A stretch of 64,000 nucleotides of DNA, from assembly GCA_963976765.1 (NCBI GenBank), contig CAXBME010000005.1:310001-374000 (forward strand), written 5' to 3'. Position numbers and translations under genes: made by a program. Positions within the stretch are counted from its first letter, which is position 1, and the number at the start of each line of letters is the position of its first letter. The notes under the pieces are model-generated. The model searched no databases. It was not told the origin of the DNA and saw nothing but the letters and a program-made list of their open reading frames with translations. Shown here piece by piece: positions 24,249 to 34,788 of this stretch. Origin of the DNA: an uncultured Planctomycetaceae bacterium. Lineage in GTDB: Bacteria; Planctomycetota; Planctomycetia; Planctomycetales; Planctomycetaceae.

Positions 24249-24296
24249 GAGAGACGACTTTGCGGAAGAATATCAGTCGGCAGAATTTGGTTTTGA

Positions 24297-27200
24297 TCAC
24301 TGAACCTGAAGCAGGTTGTCCATCTGAGACGAGTACGGCGTGCGTGGTCCGAATCTGGGTTCCAGAGCGATGGCAACGCCGACATTGTCTTTGCTCTGGT
24401 CATAGCTGAAGCCGAAGTGGAAGAGGAAGTCCGCGCCGATCCGCGTGAGCGAAAGCGACTGGCCTCGGTTCTGCCCTTCGGAAAGATCGTAAGCGTTGCT
24501 GGCGGTACCAGCCCACTTTTCGCTGAACAGGTAGCTCATGCTGCCAGTGGCGATCTGACTGTCAACGCCTTGTCCTTTAATCTGCCGAACGCCCGCGTAA
24601 ACGCTGCCGCGAGCACTTCGCTGACTGAGCAGGCCAACGTTCCAGAGTTGCTGCCCCCCGTCGAAAGTGTCGTAAAGGCTGCCAGCCAGCAGGGCGGTTC
24701 GCTCGCTGAGCAGCCACTTGTACCGAGCGGAAAGCAGTCCGAAGTCTTCAGAAAAGTCGCTGCCGGAGGGATTATGACGGCCAGCATTCGGGAACCACGA
24801 ACCTTCCAGATCCAGCGTCATCCAGTCTCGGATTCGTTGTTGATCCGGCGGTCCGACTTTTGTCTGTAACCGATGATGCCAGCCAGCTCGCAGAACGTGC
24901 AGATCGTCCACCAGTTCGTGCCACGGCGTTGTGACCAGCGAACCGGCTCCGGAACGAATGGCGTATCGTCTCGCGTTGAAAGCCGTTGGAATCGCTCCGC
25001 CAAACGTGTGTCCTGGGAATCGTTGCTGAAATCGTTCCTGAGCATTGTCGTCAATCGCGTTGTACTGGGCGACGTTCGTGATGTTGTCTGACGAGTCGGT
25101 GTAGGAATACTCCATGTCAAACACCATGCGGTGCGCGAGACCGTTGAGGTTGAAAATGCTGCTTTGCACGTACGGGAAAATCTGCGACATCGTGAGGCTG
25201 CCGCGAACGCCGCCCGAACCGACAAATCGGTCCAGCGAATTGCCCGTCAGATCTTCACCCCAGTGGGCGATCTCGCCCATCGCGAACGGAGCTACCACAA
25301 ACGGCCCGGCGGTAAACGGCAGCGTGATTTCACTGCGAGTCATGATGACTTCGCCGTTTACATTTCCGTAGTACGGCAGCGGGGTGAAAATATCAGCGGG
25401 ATCGGACGGCGCGTCGGCTCGGTTCAGCCTTGCGTAACCTGCCGACGAGTGCGACGTCCAGGTGATCGGACTGCCGAAGATCGGTTCCGCCAGCGCGAAG
25501 ATGTCGCCTTTCGGATACCACTCGGTTGAGTTTTCAAAATCGTTGAGTTGTGGCTGGGCGAGAATACTCCACGCAACGTTGTCCAGCTTCTGCTCAAGCA
25601 TCAGCCGCGTTTCGTTATCTTTCTGCCGGTCAAACTCGTCTTCGTACCACTGCTCCAGAAGGTTGCGATCGCTGACGTAGCCGACTTCGCCGAACAGTGA
25701 CATGTTTCCGGGCAGATCGTGACGATGCCGAATCTGTACTCGTCCGCGATTGTCGTTGTCTGGCTCCAGCCCGTTGCGTCCCAATCCAAGATTGTCCTGG
25801 CCGTGATCGTTGAAATACTTGATGTGAAAGTCGCCCCGGTATTTCCCCATGATGCCGAGCAGGTCTTCGCCATCGTAAGCTCCTTCCAGGCCGGCGGCTG
25901 GACCGCGTCGCGAATACCAGTCGAGCAGCAGGCTGGAAGACAACTCTTCCGGCGAGTCCTGAGTCAGCAGGTGGAACGGATCCCACGCTGTCGTGATCTG
26001 CGTTCCGAAGATGCGGTCGGACCGGACAGCTACTTTCTTAATTGGCAGGTGAGGATCTTCCGCCGGGCCAGACAGGTACGGCGAGTAGAAGACCGGAGCG
26101 TCGCCAATCACGAAGCGGTTATTAAGCGTCGTCAGCCAGTTGACCTTACCATCGTCGACTTCACCCGTGACGGGGTCGATCCATCCGCCATTCGATTGAA
26201 CCCACGGGTTGATGACTCGAGGCTCGAAGTAGACATCACTTGATTCGAGTCGATAGCCAGGTCGTCCGAAATAGCTCGCCGACATCCACGCTTCCTGGGC
26301 ATGAAACGAGCCTTCGGTTAATTGTCGAATTCGATTCGCGCGGACTCGCAGCCGGCTCTGAGCCTGAGGGACGTAGACGCTGAGTTCGGCATCGAGCAGC
26401 AGCGCTCGATCGTTTCTTGCGTCATAGTACGCTCGGTCCGCTCGCAGCGTCTTGTCGTTGTGGCGAATGACGATGTTGCCTTCGAGATAAATCTGCAGCG
26501 GCATGTCGTTTGTCTGAATCTTCTCGCTTCCGGAAGACAGGTCAGTCAGGTCGGTGGCTTCCGTCCAGATAACCATGCTGTCGGCGGCAAGTTCCATCGC
26601 CTTCGGATCTGGAGTTCCGTCCGGCGTCGGCGAATCAACGTTCAACTTGATCCCGCCGGAAATGATCGCGATCTGTTCGATCGGAGTCGTTTGAGTGGAA
26701 CGTTCCGTTTTGAACGAGAATGGCTGGCCGGTCCGAGCATAAAGGCGAATGCGGCGGACGGGTGCGTTCGAATCTTCCAGCCGAAAACTGCTGTAGTTGA
26801 ATCCGGGCGGCGGAAGTTCCAGCAGTTGAGCCTGCTGAATCAGCGTTTTCGAGGATACTTTCCGCTGAGCTGTCGCGCGACTGAGCAGGGGGTCAATCAC
26901 TGGTTCAGAATGCTCGCGCGGCCAGCGAGCCTTGTAGGTCACGCCGGACGGACTCCACAGATCGAGATATTCTCGCGAATGGGTACGTGTCTGGCCTGGC
27001 CGGCTGATTCGAATGTCGTCTTCAAGGTACAGCTCGACTCGATCGCGACCGTTGACTCTGGAATGCCAGACGACCATCTGGCGTCCGACGATCGAGGTCT
27101 CATCCTGCTCGACGAGGCAATTTCCACGCATCACGGAAACCATCGCGCCGTCGGTCGCTCTCCACTGGTGAGAGATGTCCGCCGATACTCGAATTCCTCC

Positions 27201-27347
27201 GGAAGAGTCAGCGATTGCCGATTCCTGCGCGACAGTTGTCGAGCGCAGCGTCAACACGATCAGCAATGCAAACGCATACTGAATCACGGTTTGCAACCGA
27301 AGCTGCTGCAAACTGTCAGGTTGTGACTGCGGAAAATGCCCCGACAC
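24297..27347 (-). CDS. lptD: LptD/OstA-like outer-membrane protein
   Basis: Signal peptide; beta-jellyroll-like N-half (IYLEGNIVIRH..LRADRAYYD, APVFYSPY); amphipathic beta-barrel-like C-half (YVSDRNLLEQWY). Confidence 0.7.
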   Translation of the reverse strand: MSGHFPQSQPDSLQQLRLQTVIQYAFALLIVLTLRSTTVAQESAIADSSGGIRVSADISHQWRATDGAMVSVMRGNCLVEQDETSIVGRQMVVWHSRVNGRDRVELYLEDDIRISRPGQTRTHSREYLDLWSPSGVTYKARWPREHSEPVIDPLLSRATAQRKVSSKTLIQQAQLLELPPPGFNYSSFRLEDSNAPVRRIRLYARTGQPFSFKTERSTQTTPIEQIAIISGGIKLNVDSPTPDGTPDPKAMELAADSMVIWTEATDLTDLSSGSEKIQTNDMPLQIYLEGNIVIRHNDKTLRADRAYYDARNDRALLLDAELSVYVPQAQSRLRVRANRIRQLTEGSFHAQEAWMSASYFGRPGYRLESSDVYFEPRVINPWVQSNGGWIDPVTGEVDDGKVNWLTTLNNRFVIGDAPVFYSPYLSGPAEDPHLPIKKVAVRSDRIFGTQITTAWDPFHLLTQDSPEELSSSLLLDWYSRRGPAAGLEGAYDGEDLLGIMGKYRGDFHIKYFNDHGQDNLGLGRNGLEPDNDNRGRVQIRHRHDLPGNMSLFGEVGYVSDRNLLEQWYEDEFDRQKDNETRLMLEQKLDNVAWSILAQPQLNDFENSTEWYPKGDIFALAEPIFGSPITWTSHSSAGYARLNRADAPSDPADIFTPLPYYGNVNGEVIMTRSEITLPFTAGPFVVAPFAMGEIAHWGEDLTGNSLDRFVGSGGVRGSLTMSQIFPYVQSSIFNLNGLAHRMVFDMEYSYTDSSDNITNVAQYNAIDDNAQERFQQRFPGHTFGGAIPTAFNARRYAIRSGAGSLVTTPWHELVDDLHVLRAGWHHRLQTKVGPPDQQRIRDWMTLDLEGSWFPNAGRHNPSGSDFSEDFGLLSARYKWLLSERTALLAGSLYDTFDGGQQLWNVGLLSQRSARGSVYAGVRQIKGQGVDSQIATGSMSYLFSEKWAGTASNAYDLSEGQNRGQSLSLTRIGADFLFHFGFSYDQSKDNVGVAIALEPRFGPRTPYSSQMDNLLQVQ

Positions 27348-27603
27348 GGGCGCTCCGGTCGTCTTCAGAAATGATTACACGCTGCCGAATCCGTTCGGCT
27401 TGCCAGGATTTGGCTGGAAGGACGGGCTCCGCCGCTGGCTTTGAGGGGCCGGAGTATACGAGCGGTTCGAAAATCTCAGCAATACGGGTGTTGGATCGCC
27501 ATCAGTTGATGCGACTCGGCGTTGCGTCTATGACACAACAAGATTGCAGCTGCCTCGCAGCCAGTCCTCACAACCGATCCTGAAAACTGATAAGGACAAT
27601 CAG

Positions 27604-29184
27604 ATGCTGACGACTCGAATACTCAAATGGGTGATCCCCGGATTGACTGCCGTCGCGAGTCTGGCGACCACAGGCGTGGCTCAGGCCGACGTTTCGCTAT
27701 CGAAAATTTTCGGCTCGAACATGGTTCTGCAACGCGACCGGGAGATTCCCGTCTGGGGCTGGGCCGAGCCGGGCGAGACAGTCACGGTGACGATCGGCGA
27801 ACACTCGGCAGTGGCCACAGCTGGCGATGACAAACGCTGGGACGTGAAGCTGCCGGCTCACAAGGCGGGCGGGCCTCACACGGTCACGGTTTCGGGAAAG
27901 AATTCGGTCAAGCTCGAAAATGTGCTGATCGGCGAAGTCTGGATTTGCTCCGGCCAGTCGAACATGCAGTGGCCGGTCGACTCGGCCAACGACGCGGACA
28001 TCGAAAAACTGACTGCGAAGTTTCCAGAAATCAGGCTGATCACCGTTCCGCAGGTCGGTACGCAGGAACCGCAGAACGACTTCGGCGGCGACGGCTGGCA
28101 GGAATGTTCTCCTGCAACAGTCGGGCAGTTTTCAGCAGTGGGATACTACTTCGGACGACAGCTTCACCAGACGCTCGATGTTCCGATCGGGCTGATCGAC
28201 AATTCGTGGGGCGGCTCCGCGTGCGAATCGTGGGTTCGTCGCGACCTGCTGGAAGCCGACAAGCGTTACAGCGAACTGCTCGCCAGATGGGCAGAAACCG
28301 AAAAGTCGTACGACCATGCGAAAGCCGTCGCTGCCTACGAAAAGCAACGAGCTGCCTGGCAGGAAAAGGCCAATGAAGCCCGCGCCGCTGGAAAGCCGAT
28401 CCCAAACGCTCCACGTGCTCCTCGTGACATCCTCGCAGGACAGCATCGTCCTGCAAATCTTTATAACGGGGTTCTGAAACCAATCATCGGGTACGGCATC
28501 CGTGGCACGATCTGGTACCAGGGAGAATCAAACGCTGGCCGAGCTTACCAGTACCGTCACCTTTTCCCGCTGATGATTCAGAGCTGGCGGGACGAGTGGA
28601 AGCAGGGAGATTTTCCGTACTACTTCGTGCAGCTTGCTGACTTCCGCGACGAGTCGGCAAGTCCTCAGGAAAGTGGTTGGGCCGAGCTTCGCGAAGCGCA
28701 GACGATGACGCTGGCCAGGTTGCCGAATACCGGACAGGCCGTCATCACCGACCTCGGCGAAGCCCACGACATTCATCCGAAAGACAAGCAGAACGTCGCC
28801 AAACGTCTGGCACGTTGGGCTCTCGCAAAGGATTACGGAATCCAGATCCCCTGCCGCAGCCCGGAATTCAAATCGTCTGAAGTGAAGGGCAACAAGATCA
28901 TCGTGACGATGGATCACGTAGGCGGAGGTCTGGATACTTTCGACGTCCGTCAGCCCGTTGGACTTGCCGTTGCGGGAGAAGACAAAGTCTTCAAATGGGC
29001 TCAGGGAAAGATCATCGGCAATGACAGGATCGAAGTCTGGAGTGCAGACGTCGCCAGTCCTGTCGCCGTTCGGTACGCCTGGGCTGACAACCCGGTCTGC
29101 AACCTGCAAAGCCGGGAAGGTCTGCCAGTAACACCGTTCCGCTCCGACGACTGGCCGGGCGTCACGATCGACGTTCACAAGTAG
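27604..29184 (+). CDS. Sialate O-acetylesterase family SGNH hydrolase
   Basis: [37 protein letters not shown]; signal peptide. Confidence 0.92.
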   Translation: MLTTRILKWVIPGLTAVASLATTGVAQADVSLSKIFGSNMVLQRDREIPVWGWAEPGETVTVTIGEHSAVATAGDDKRWDVKLPAHKAGGPHTVTVSGKNSVKLENVLIGEVWICSGQSNMQWPVDSANDADIEKLTAKFPEIRLITVPQVGTQEPQNDFGGDGWQECSPATVGQFSAVGYYFGRQLHQTLDVPIGLIDNSWGGSACESWVRRDLLEADKRYSELLARWAETEKSYDHAKAVAAYEKQRAAWQEKANEARAAGKPIPNAPRAPRDILAGQHRPANLYNGVLKPIIGYGIRGTIWYQGESNAGRAYQYRHLFPLMIQSWRDEWKQGDFPYYFVQLADFRDESASPQESGWAELREAQTMTLARLPNTGQAVITDLGEAHDIHPKDKQNVAKRLARWALAKDYGIQIPCRSPEFKSSEVKGNKIIVTMDHVGGGLDTFDVRQPVGLAVAGEDKVFKWAQGKIIGNDRIEVWSADVASPVAVRYAWADNPVCNLQSREGLPVTPFRSDDWPGVTIDVHK

Positions 29185-29348
29185 AATATCTTTCTCAAGA
29201 CGACGATCGATCGCAATGAGTTGGCCAACGTCAATTGCCTGACTCCGATCGATTCAGAATGTCGACGGACTCAAAGGGTGGGACAGGAGCTGGTAACCTG
29301 CACCACCCTTTGGCACTTTGACAGCCAGGAGTTCACGGAGCCTCGGAG

Positions 29349-32300
29349 ATGCGACAGGGTTATCGAACGCTGCTCCTGACGATGGCGACGCTGCCACTGA
29401 TTTGCACATCGACACGCGCCGACGACTGGCCGATGTGGCGGTGTGATGCTCAGCGGACAGCGGCGTCGAACGAGACGCTGCCATCGGGAATGCGGCTGTT
29501 GTGGAGTCGGGACTACGGACCTCGTCAGCAGGCGTGGGACGATCCGCTTAACAATGACCTCATGACCTATGACCGGATCTTTGAACCGATCGTCATGGGC
29601 GGGCGATTGTTTGTCGGTTTCAACGATCAGGACAAACTGACGGCGCTGGACGCACAAACCGGAGAAGAACTCTGGACGTTCTTTACGGAAGGGCCCGTTC
29701 GAGTTCCACCAGCCGGACACGATGGAAAGGTCTACTTCTGCAGCGACGACGGATTTCTGTACTGCGTTGACGCCTCGACCGGCACGCTGCAATGGAAGCT
29801 GCGAGGCGGCCCGAGTGCTCAGCACGCGATCGGCAATCAGCGAATTGTTTCGGCGTGGGTCGCGCGCGGAGGGCCAGTTGTCCGTGAAGAAACGGTCTAC
29901 TTCGCGGCCAGTATCTGGCCGTTCATGGGCACCTTTATCTACGCCGTCGATGCCGAAACCGGGGTCGTTCAATGGGTCAACGACAGCACCGGATCGCAGT
30001 ACATCAAGCAGCCTCACAGCGCGCCGTCGTTCGCCGGTGTGGCACCGCAGGGGGTTCTTGTCGCCACGGATGAAATGCTGCTCGTGCCGGGTGGACGTTC
30101 GGTGCCGGCGGCCTTTGATCGACGCACCGGAGCATTCCGTTATTTCAGGTTCAACGAGGGTGGCAAGGGCACGGGCGGGTCGTTTCTCGCTGCGGACGAG
30201 GAGCACTTTTATGTCCACACTCGCCTGCGAGGCACGCGAGCCTTTGAGCTCAACGACGGAGCCACGACCGCGTTCATGCCGAACGAGCCGGTGCTTTCTG
30301 CGGGGCTGGTTTTTGCGCCGGTTACAGAAAAAAACACAACGCTTGTTCGCGCCTATCGCTCCGGTCGGAAGACGCTGTGGGAACTCGACGTCGACGCGAC
30401 CGGCGACTTAATCCGCTGCGGCAGGCAGCTTGTCGCGGCAGGAAAGCAGGCAATAACAGCCGTCTGGATCGCCGAGGGTAAGGAAAACAATGCTGCTGCG
30501 ATCGACTGGAAACTTCCCACCACGGGAACGGTGCAGAGACTCCTGGCTGCTGATGGAAAGCTTTTTGCGGTAACCCTGGAAGGTTCGATCCTTTGCTACG
30601 GACTCGGCAACGACGCGACCCATTACGACAAACAAGCCCCACTGGCGGTTGCCGTTTCGAAGGATGCCTCCCGGGTTGCGGCAGAGATTCTTTCGTCCGG
30701 CGACGCGGAAGGCTACGCCTTCTGGTTCGGCTCGGCCGACGACGAACTGATCGACGCCGTCGCGGCAGAGTCTCCGTTCGTTCAACTAGCCGTTGTCGAT
30801 GAGGACACAACTCGCGTGGACAGGCTGCGACGACGGATGAATGCCGCCGGAATTTATGGGCAAGTGACTTCGCACAAGTCGGAAGCCGCAACTTTCCTGC
30901 CGCCTCAGCACGTGGCACACATGGTGTTTGTCGGTCGCGACCTCGCAATGTCAGCCGACTCACACACCATCGCAGAGATGTATAAAGCTGTGCGTCCCTA
31001 CGGTGGAGTGATGTACCTGCTGGCCGACCAGGATCGCTTAAGCATCGCGGCAGCAGTTGAAGCGATGAAACTCGAACAGGCTGAAGTGTCGGTCGCTCGG
31101 TACGGAGTTATTGTGCGGCGAGTCGGAGCGCTGCCCGGCTCAGCCGACTGGACTCATCAGTACGGCGACATCGGAAACACGATTAAATCGAACGACAGCC
31201 GCGTGAAGCTGCCGTTGGGCGTGCTCTGGTTTGGCGGAAGCAGCAACATGGATGTACTGCCTCGGCACGGCCACGGTCCGACCGAGCAGGTCGTCGGCGG
31301 GCGTCTGTTTATTCAGGGAATGAACAGTCTGAGCGCGAGAGACGTTTACACCGGCCGTGTGCTATGGAAACGTGAGTTTAAAAACCTGGGAACGTTCGAC
31401 GTTTATTACGACGCGACCTACAAGGACACGCCGCTCGATTCACAGTACAACCAGGTTCACATCCCTGGAGCCAACGGTCGAGGCACCAACTACGTCGTCG
31501 CCAGCGACCGTGTTTACATCGTCGAGGGCGACACTTGTCATGCTCTTGATCCGGCGACAGGCGAAACGCTTCAGGACATTCGCCTGCCGACCGACAGTTC
31601 GGGCGACCAGAAAGAATGGGGCTACCTGGGCGTTTACCAGGACGTCCTGATTGGCGGGGTCGGCTTCGCCAATTACCGGTCGCGAGGTGAGATCACGTTC
31701 GACGGTGACAAAGGCCTGTCAAAGAACAAGGCCGGCTTTGGGGGTAAAAGTCTTGACCGCGCCGCCAGCATGGCGCTTGCAGGTTTCGACCGGCATTCCG
31801 GAAAGCAGCTCTGGAAAATCGACGCCGTCCACAGTTTCTGGCACAACGGAATCGTTGCTGGCAACGGTCGTATTTTCTGCCTCGATCGCAATCCGAAACG
31901 CGTTGAAGAGGTACTGAAACGTCGCGGCAAGGCCTCGCCTGACACTTACCGGATTCTCGCCATCGACTACCGCACCGGTCAGCAGCAGTGGCAGATCAAC
32001 GAGAACATCTTCGGCACCTGGCTGGGCTATTCAGAGGCGAAAGATGCGTTGCTTCAGGCCGGTGCGTCCGCCAGCGACCGACTGTCTGACGAATCCGGAA
32101 CCGGCATGGCTGTTTACTCGGGCGCCGATGGGAAAGTTCGCTGGCAGAACAATTCGTTGAGCTACTCGGGGCCCTGCATCCTGCACAACAATCTGATCAT
32201 CACAAACGCAAACTCGTACAAAGAATCAGCAGGGGCGTTCAACATCGACAACGGCGAGCAGAAGCTGATCGCCAACCCGCTGACAGGCGAACTTCAGCCC

Positions 32301-33680
32301 TGGAAGATCACTCGGGCATACGGCTGCAACAGTATCATCGCAAGCGAGAACTTTCTCACTTTTCGATCGGGAGCCGCTGGGTTCTACGACCTGCTCACCG
32401 ATTCCGGCACGGGCAATCTCGGCGGATTCAAATCGGGATGCACCTCCAATCTTGTTGTTGCCAATGGCGTGCTGAACGCTCCGGACTACACAAGAACGTG
32501 CAGTTGCTCTTATCAGAATCAGACGTCGCTGGCACTGGTCCATATGCCGGAAATGGAAATGTGGACGGTCAACATCGCCGCGGCGGCAGCTGACGTGAAT
32601 TCCTCAGATAAACCCGTGAGCCGATTCGGAATCAACTTCGGCGCGCCGGGAGACCGTCGCGACCCTGACGGCCTGCTCTGGCTGGAGTATCCCGTTGTTG
32701 CTGGTGAGTCGCCGCCGCTGGCTATCAACGTTGACTCGAAGGGAAAGTATTTCCGTCGTCATGGATCGACGATGGAAGGACGCGACCTGAACTGGGTGCT
32801 GGCCTCCGGCATTGAAGGTGCCTCCGAAATTCAGATCGGATTAAAGCAGTCCGAAGGGGCGCGTTCGAATTCCGGCATCGCGATTGAGCACGGAAGCGAC
32901 GATGCTGAAGAAAATGAAAAGGGAAAAGTTGACCTGACCAGCAGCGACCTGGAATTTGTCGAAGACAAGGGAGCCCAGATCGTCGGGATGCGATTCAACA
33001 GGTTGAACCTGCCTCGGAATGCGACGATCCGAAAAGCATTCATCCAGTTCACTTGTGATGAATCTTCCAGGTCAAACACGTCGCTAATCATCGTGGCGGA
33101 AAAGTCAGCCAGCGCCGATCGCTTCAAGGCCGAAAGTCACGATATTTCGTCCCGCAACCGTACGGTGTCCGAAGTTGCCTGGCAGCCAGCGGCATGGTCG
33201 AAAGTGGGCGAAGCTCGGGATGCTCAAAGAACTCCTGACCTGTCGGCAATGATTCGAGAAGTCGTTTCACTGCCGGACTGGAAGTCAGGAAATTCGCTTG
33301 CTTTCCTGGTCAGCGGAAGCGGCAAGCGAGTTGCCGAATCGTTTGACGGCGATGGCAAACTTGCGCCGCGGCTTTTCGTCGAAACAGACGAATCTGGCGA
33401 GGCGCCGCCGAGCGGTGAGGCCCGACCGTTTCGCGTGCGGCTGTTCTTCGGTGCCCCCCAGCAGGCCGGGCTCGTACGCAGCGTGTTCGATGTTTACCTG
33501 CAGGACCGACTCGTGCTGCGCGACGTCGAGCTTGATCCAGACATTGATGCTTCTGCATCCGCCGTCCACACCGTCGACAACGTGATGATCACCGACAGCC
33601 TGCGAATTCGTTTCGCGCCTAAAGAGGGCAAGCCGCTGATCTCCGGCATCGAACTGAATTCTGCAGTTCCGAAACAGTAA
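29349..33680 (+). CDS. Exported multidomain protein: PQQ-like propeller, methyltransferase-like domain, second propeller, malectin-like C-terminus with an inserted beta domain
   Basis: DWPMWR; repeated ALDAQTGEELW / CVDASTGTLQW blades; VRPYGG MTase-like segment; WTHQYG; INFG...WL / FRVRLFF...VFDVYLQ...ISGIEL malectin-like strands. Confidence 0.8.
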   Translation: MRQGYRTLLLTMATLPLICTSTRADDWPMWRCDAQRTAASNETLPSGMRLLWSRDYGPRQQAWDDPLNNDLMTYDRIFEPIVMGGRLFVGFNDQDKLTALDAQTGEELWTFFTEGPVRVPPAGHDGKVYFCSDDGFLYCVDASTGTLQWKLRGGPSAQHAIGNQRIVSAWVARGGPVVREETVYFAASIWPFMGTFIYAVDAETGVVQWVNDSTGSQYIKQPHSAPSFAGVAPQGVLVATDEMLLVPGGRSVPAAFDRRTGAFRYFRFNEGGKGTGGSFLAADEEHFYVHTRLRGTRAFELNDGATTAFMPNEPVLSAGLVFAPVTEKNTTLVRAYRSGRKTLWELDVDATGDLIRCGRQLVAAGKQAITAVWIAEGKENNAAAIDWKLPTTGTVQRLLAADGKLFAVTLEGSILCYGLGNDATHYDKQAPLAVAVSKDASRVAAEILSSGDAEGYAFWFGSADDELIDAVAAESPFVQLAVVDEDTTRVDRLRRRMNAAGIYGQVTSHKSEAATFLPPQHVAHMVFVGRDLAMSADSHTIAEMYKAVRPYGGVMYLLADQDRLSIAAAVEAMKLEQAEVSVARYGVIVRRVGALPGSADWTHQYGDIGNTIKSNDSRVKLPLGVLWFGGSSNMDVLPRHGHGPTEQVVGGRLFIQGMNSLSARDVYTGRVLWKREFKNLGTFDVYYDATYKDTPLDSQYNQVHIPGANGRGTNYVVASDRVYIVEGDTCHALDPATGETLQDIRLPTDSSGDQKEWGYLGVYQDVLIGGVGFANYRSRGEITFDGDKGLSKNKAGFGGKSLDRAASMALAGFDRHSGKQLWKIDAVHSFWHNGIVAGNGRIFCLDRNPKRVEEVLKRRGKASPDTYRILAIDYRTGQQQWQINENIFGTWLGYSEAKDALLQAGASASDRLSDESGTGMAVYSGADGKVRWQNNSLSYSGPCILHNNLIITNANSYKESAGAFNIDNGEQKLIANPLTGELQPWKITRAYGCNSIIASENFLTFRSGAAGFYDLLTDSGTGNLGGFKSGCTSNLVVANGVLNAPDYTRTCSCSYQNQTSLALVHMPEMEMWTVNIAAAAADVNSSDKPVSRFGINFGAPGDRRDPDGLLWLEYPVVAGESPPLAINVDSKGKYFRRHGSTMEGRDLNWVLASGIEGASEIQIGLKQSEGARSNSGIAIEHGSDDAEENEKGKVDLTSSDLEFVEDKGAQIVGMRFNRLNLPRNATIRKAFIQFTCDESSRSNTSLIIVAEKSASADRFKAESHDISSRNRTVSEVAWQPAAWSKVGEARDAQRTPDLSAMIREVVSLPDWKSGNSLAFLVSGSGKRVAESFDGDGKLAPRLFVETDESGEAPPSGEARPFRVRLFFGAPQQAGLVRSVFDVYLQDRLVLRDVELDPDIDASASAVHTVDNVMITDSLRIRFAPKEGKPLISGIELNSAVPKQ

Positions 33681-33710
33681 CTGCCTGAATCCGCTTTATC
33701 ACGAAAGAGG

Positions 33711-33796
33711 GAACGCTAATCTTCGCTGATTATCACGAAGAACAGAGTCCCGAATCACGATTGAATTAGTGACGAAGAGCGTGATTCTCCGTGTTC
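33711..33796. repeat. Degenerate palindromic repeat (GAACGCTAATCTTCGCT...ATTAGTGACG...GTGTTC)
   Basis: Imperfect inverted arms with roughly 10-nt periodicity in the intergenic spacer. Confidence 0.4.
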
Positions 33797-33840
33797 TGAA
33801 ATCTGTCTGAACATCTTTAACGAGAGAAACGAGGCATTCG

Positions 33841-34755
33841 TTGTCGGCGGATCCATGCACATTCTGGTTGGCGGTCGACGTCGGAAACAGCCGGATCAAG
33901 GTTGGACTGTTTAACGTCCTGAAAGAACGAAATGACGACCTGAAAGCTGTCGTCCCCGGCAGCCAGGTTACGAGTTCCGGGGAGCTGCCGAAGTCTGTCG
34001 GTTTTTACTCGATTTCTCTGAAGTCTTCGGTCGACTGGGATGCGATCTTCGAAAGCCACGATCGTACTTTAAAATTTCATTCGGTAATTGCTGGTTCCAA
34101 TCAACGCGGAGTTGATCGAGTCGTGGCCGAATGGCCGAAGTGGCTCGCAAAGCCGGTCGTGCTGCGCAGCTCGGAATCGCTGAAGCTCGACATTCAGGTT
34201 GACGAGCCGCAGCGAGTCGGGCTCGATCGGCTGTTGAACGCCGTGGCAGCCAACGTTATTCGCGAAGTGGGAGTGCCAGCGATCATCGTCGACTGCGGAA
34301 CGGCGACGACGGTCGATCTGGTGTCTTCATCCGGCAGTTTTTGCGGCGGAGCGATCCTGCCGGGCTTCACACTTTGCGCGCGAGCCTTGAATCAGTACAC
34401 CGAAGTTCTGCCGCTGATTTCGATGACCGAACTGTTTGACCTGCCGCCCAGCGAAGACTGTCACCCGGCACTGGGCAGCAACACTCAGGCGGCGATCATG
34501 AGCGGCGTCTTCTGGGGACAGATCGGGGCTGTCCGGGAATTGATTGCTCGGCTGAGCCAGCAGCAATCGGCAGGTTGCAAACAATTGTCAGACCACCAGC
34601 AACCACTCACAGTCAGCCACAGTCCGCGTCGCAAGTTGCTGCTGACAGGCGGCGGCGCTCGACTGCTGGCCCCCTACTTCGCCGACGCGATACACTACCC
34701 GTTTCTGCCGCTTCAGGGACTGGTTTCTGCAGCGGCCTCGCAGCAATCTTCGTAG
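33841..34755 (+). CDS. coaX: Type III pantothenate kinase
   Basis: AVDVGNSRIK, VGLDR, VDCGTATTVD, GGAILPG, LLTGGGA. Confidence 0.93.
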   Translation: MSADPCTFWLAVDVGNSRIKVGLFNVLKERNDDLKAVVPGSQVTSSGELPKSVGFYSISLKSSVDWDAIFESHDRTLKFHSVIAGSNQRGVDRVVAEWPKWLAKPVVLRSSESLKLDIQVDEPQRVGLDRLLNAVAANVIREVGVPAIIVDCGTATTVDLVSSSGSFCGGAILPGFTLCARALNQYTEVLPLISMTELFDLPPSEDCHPALGSNTQAAIMSGVFWGQIGAVRELIARLSQQQSAGCKQLSDHQQPLTVSHSPRRKLLLTGGGARLLAPYFADAIHYPFLPLQGLVSAAASQQSS

Positions 34756-34788
34756 GGTCGCAGACCACTTCGCGACCGGCCGGGAATC

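Noticed and set aside
23757..24296. 179-aa plus-strand ORF overlapping the GIY-YIG stop
   Set aside because: Antisense to the PEGA lipoprotein, which has clear family motifs
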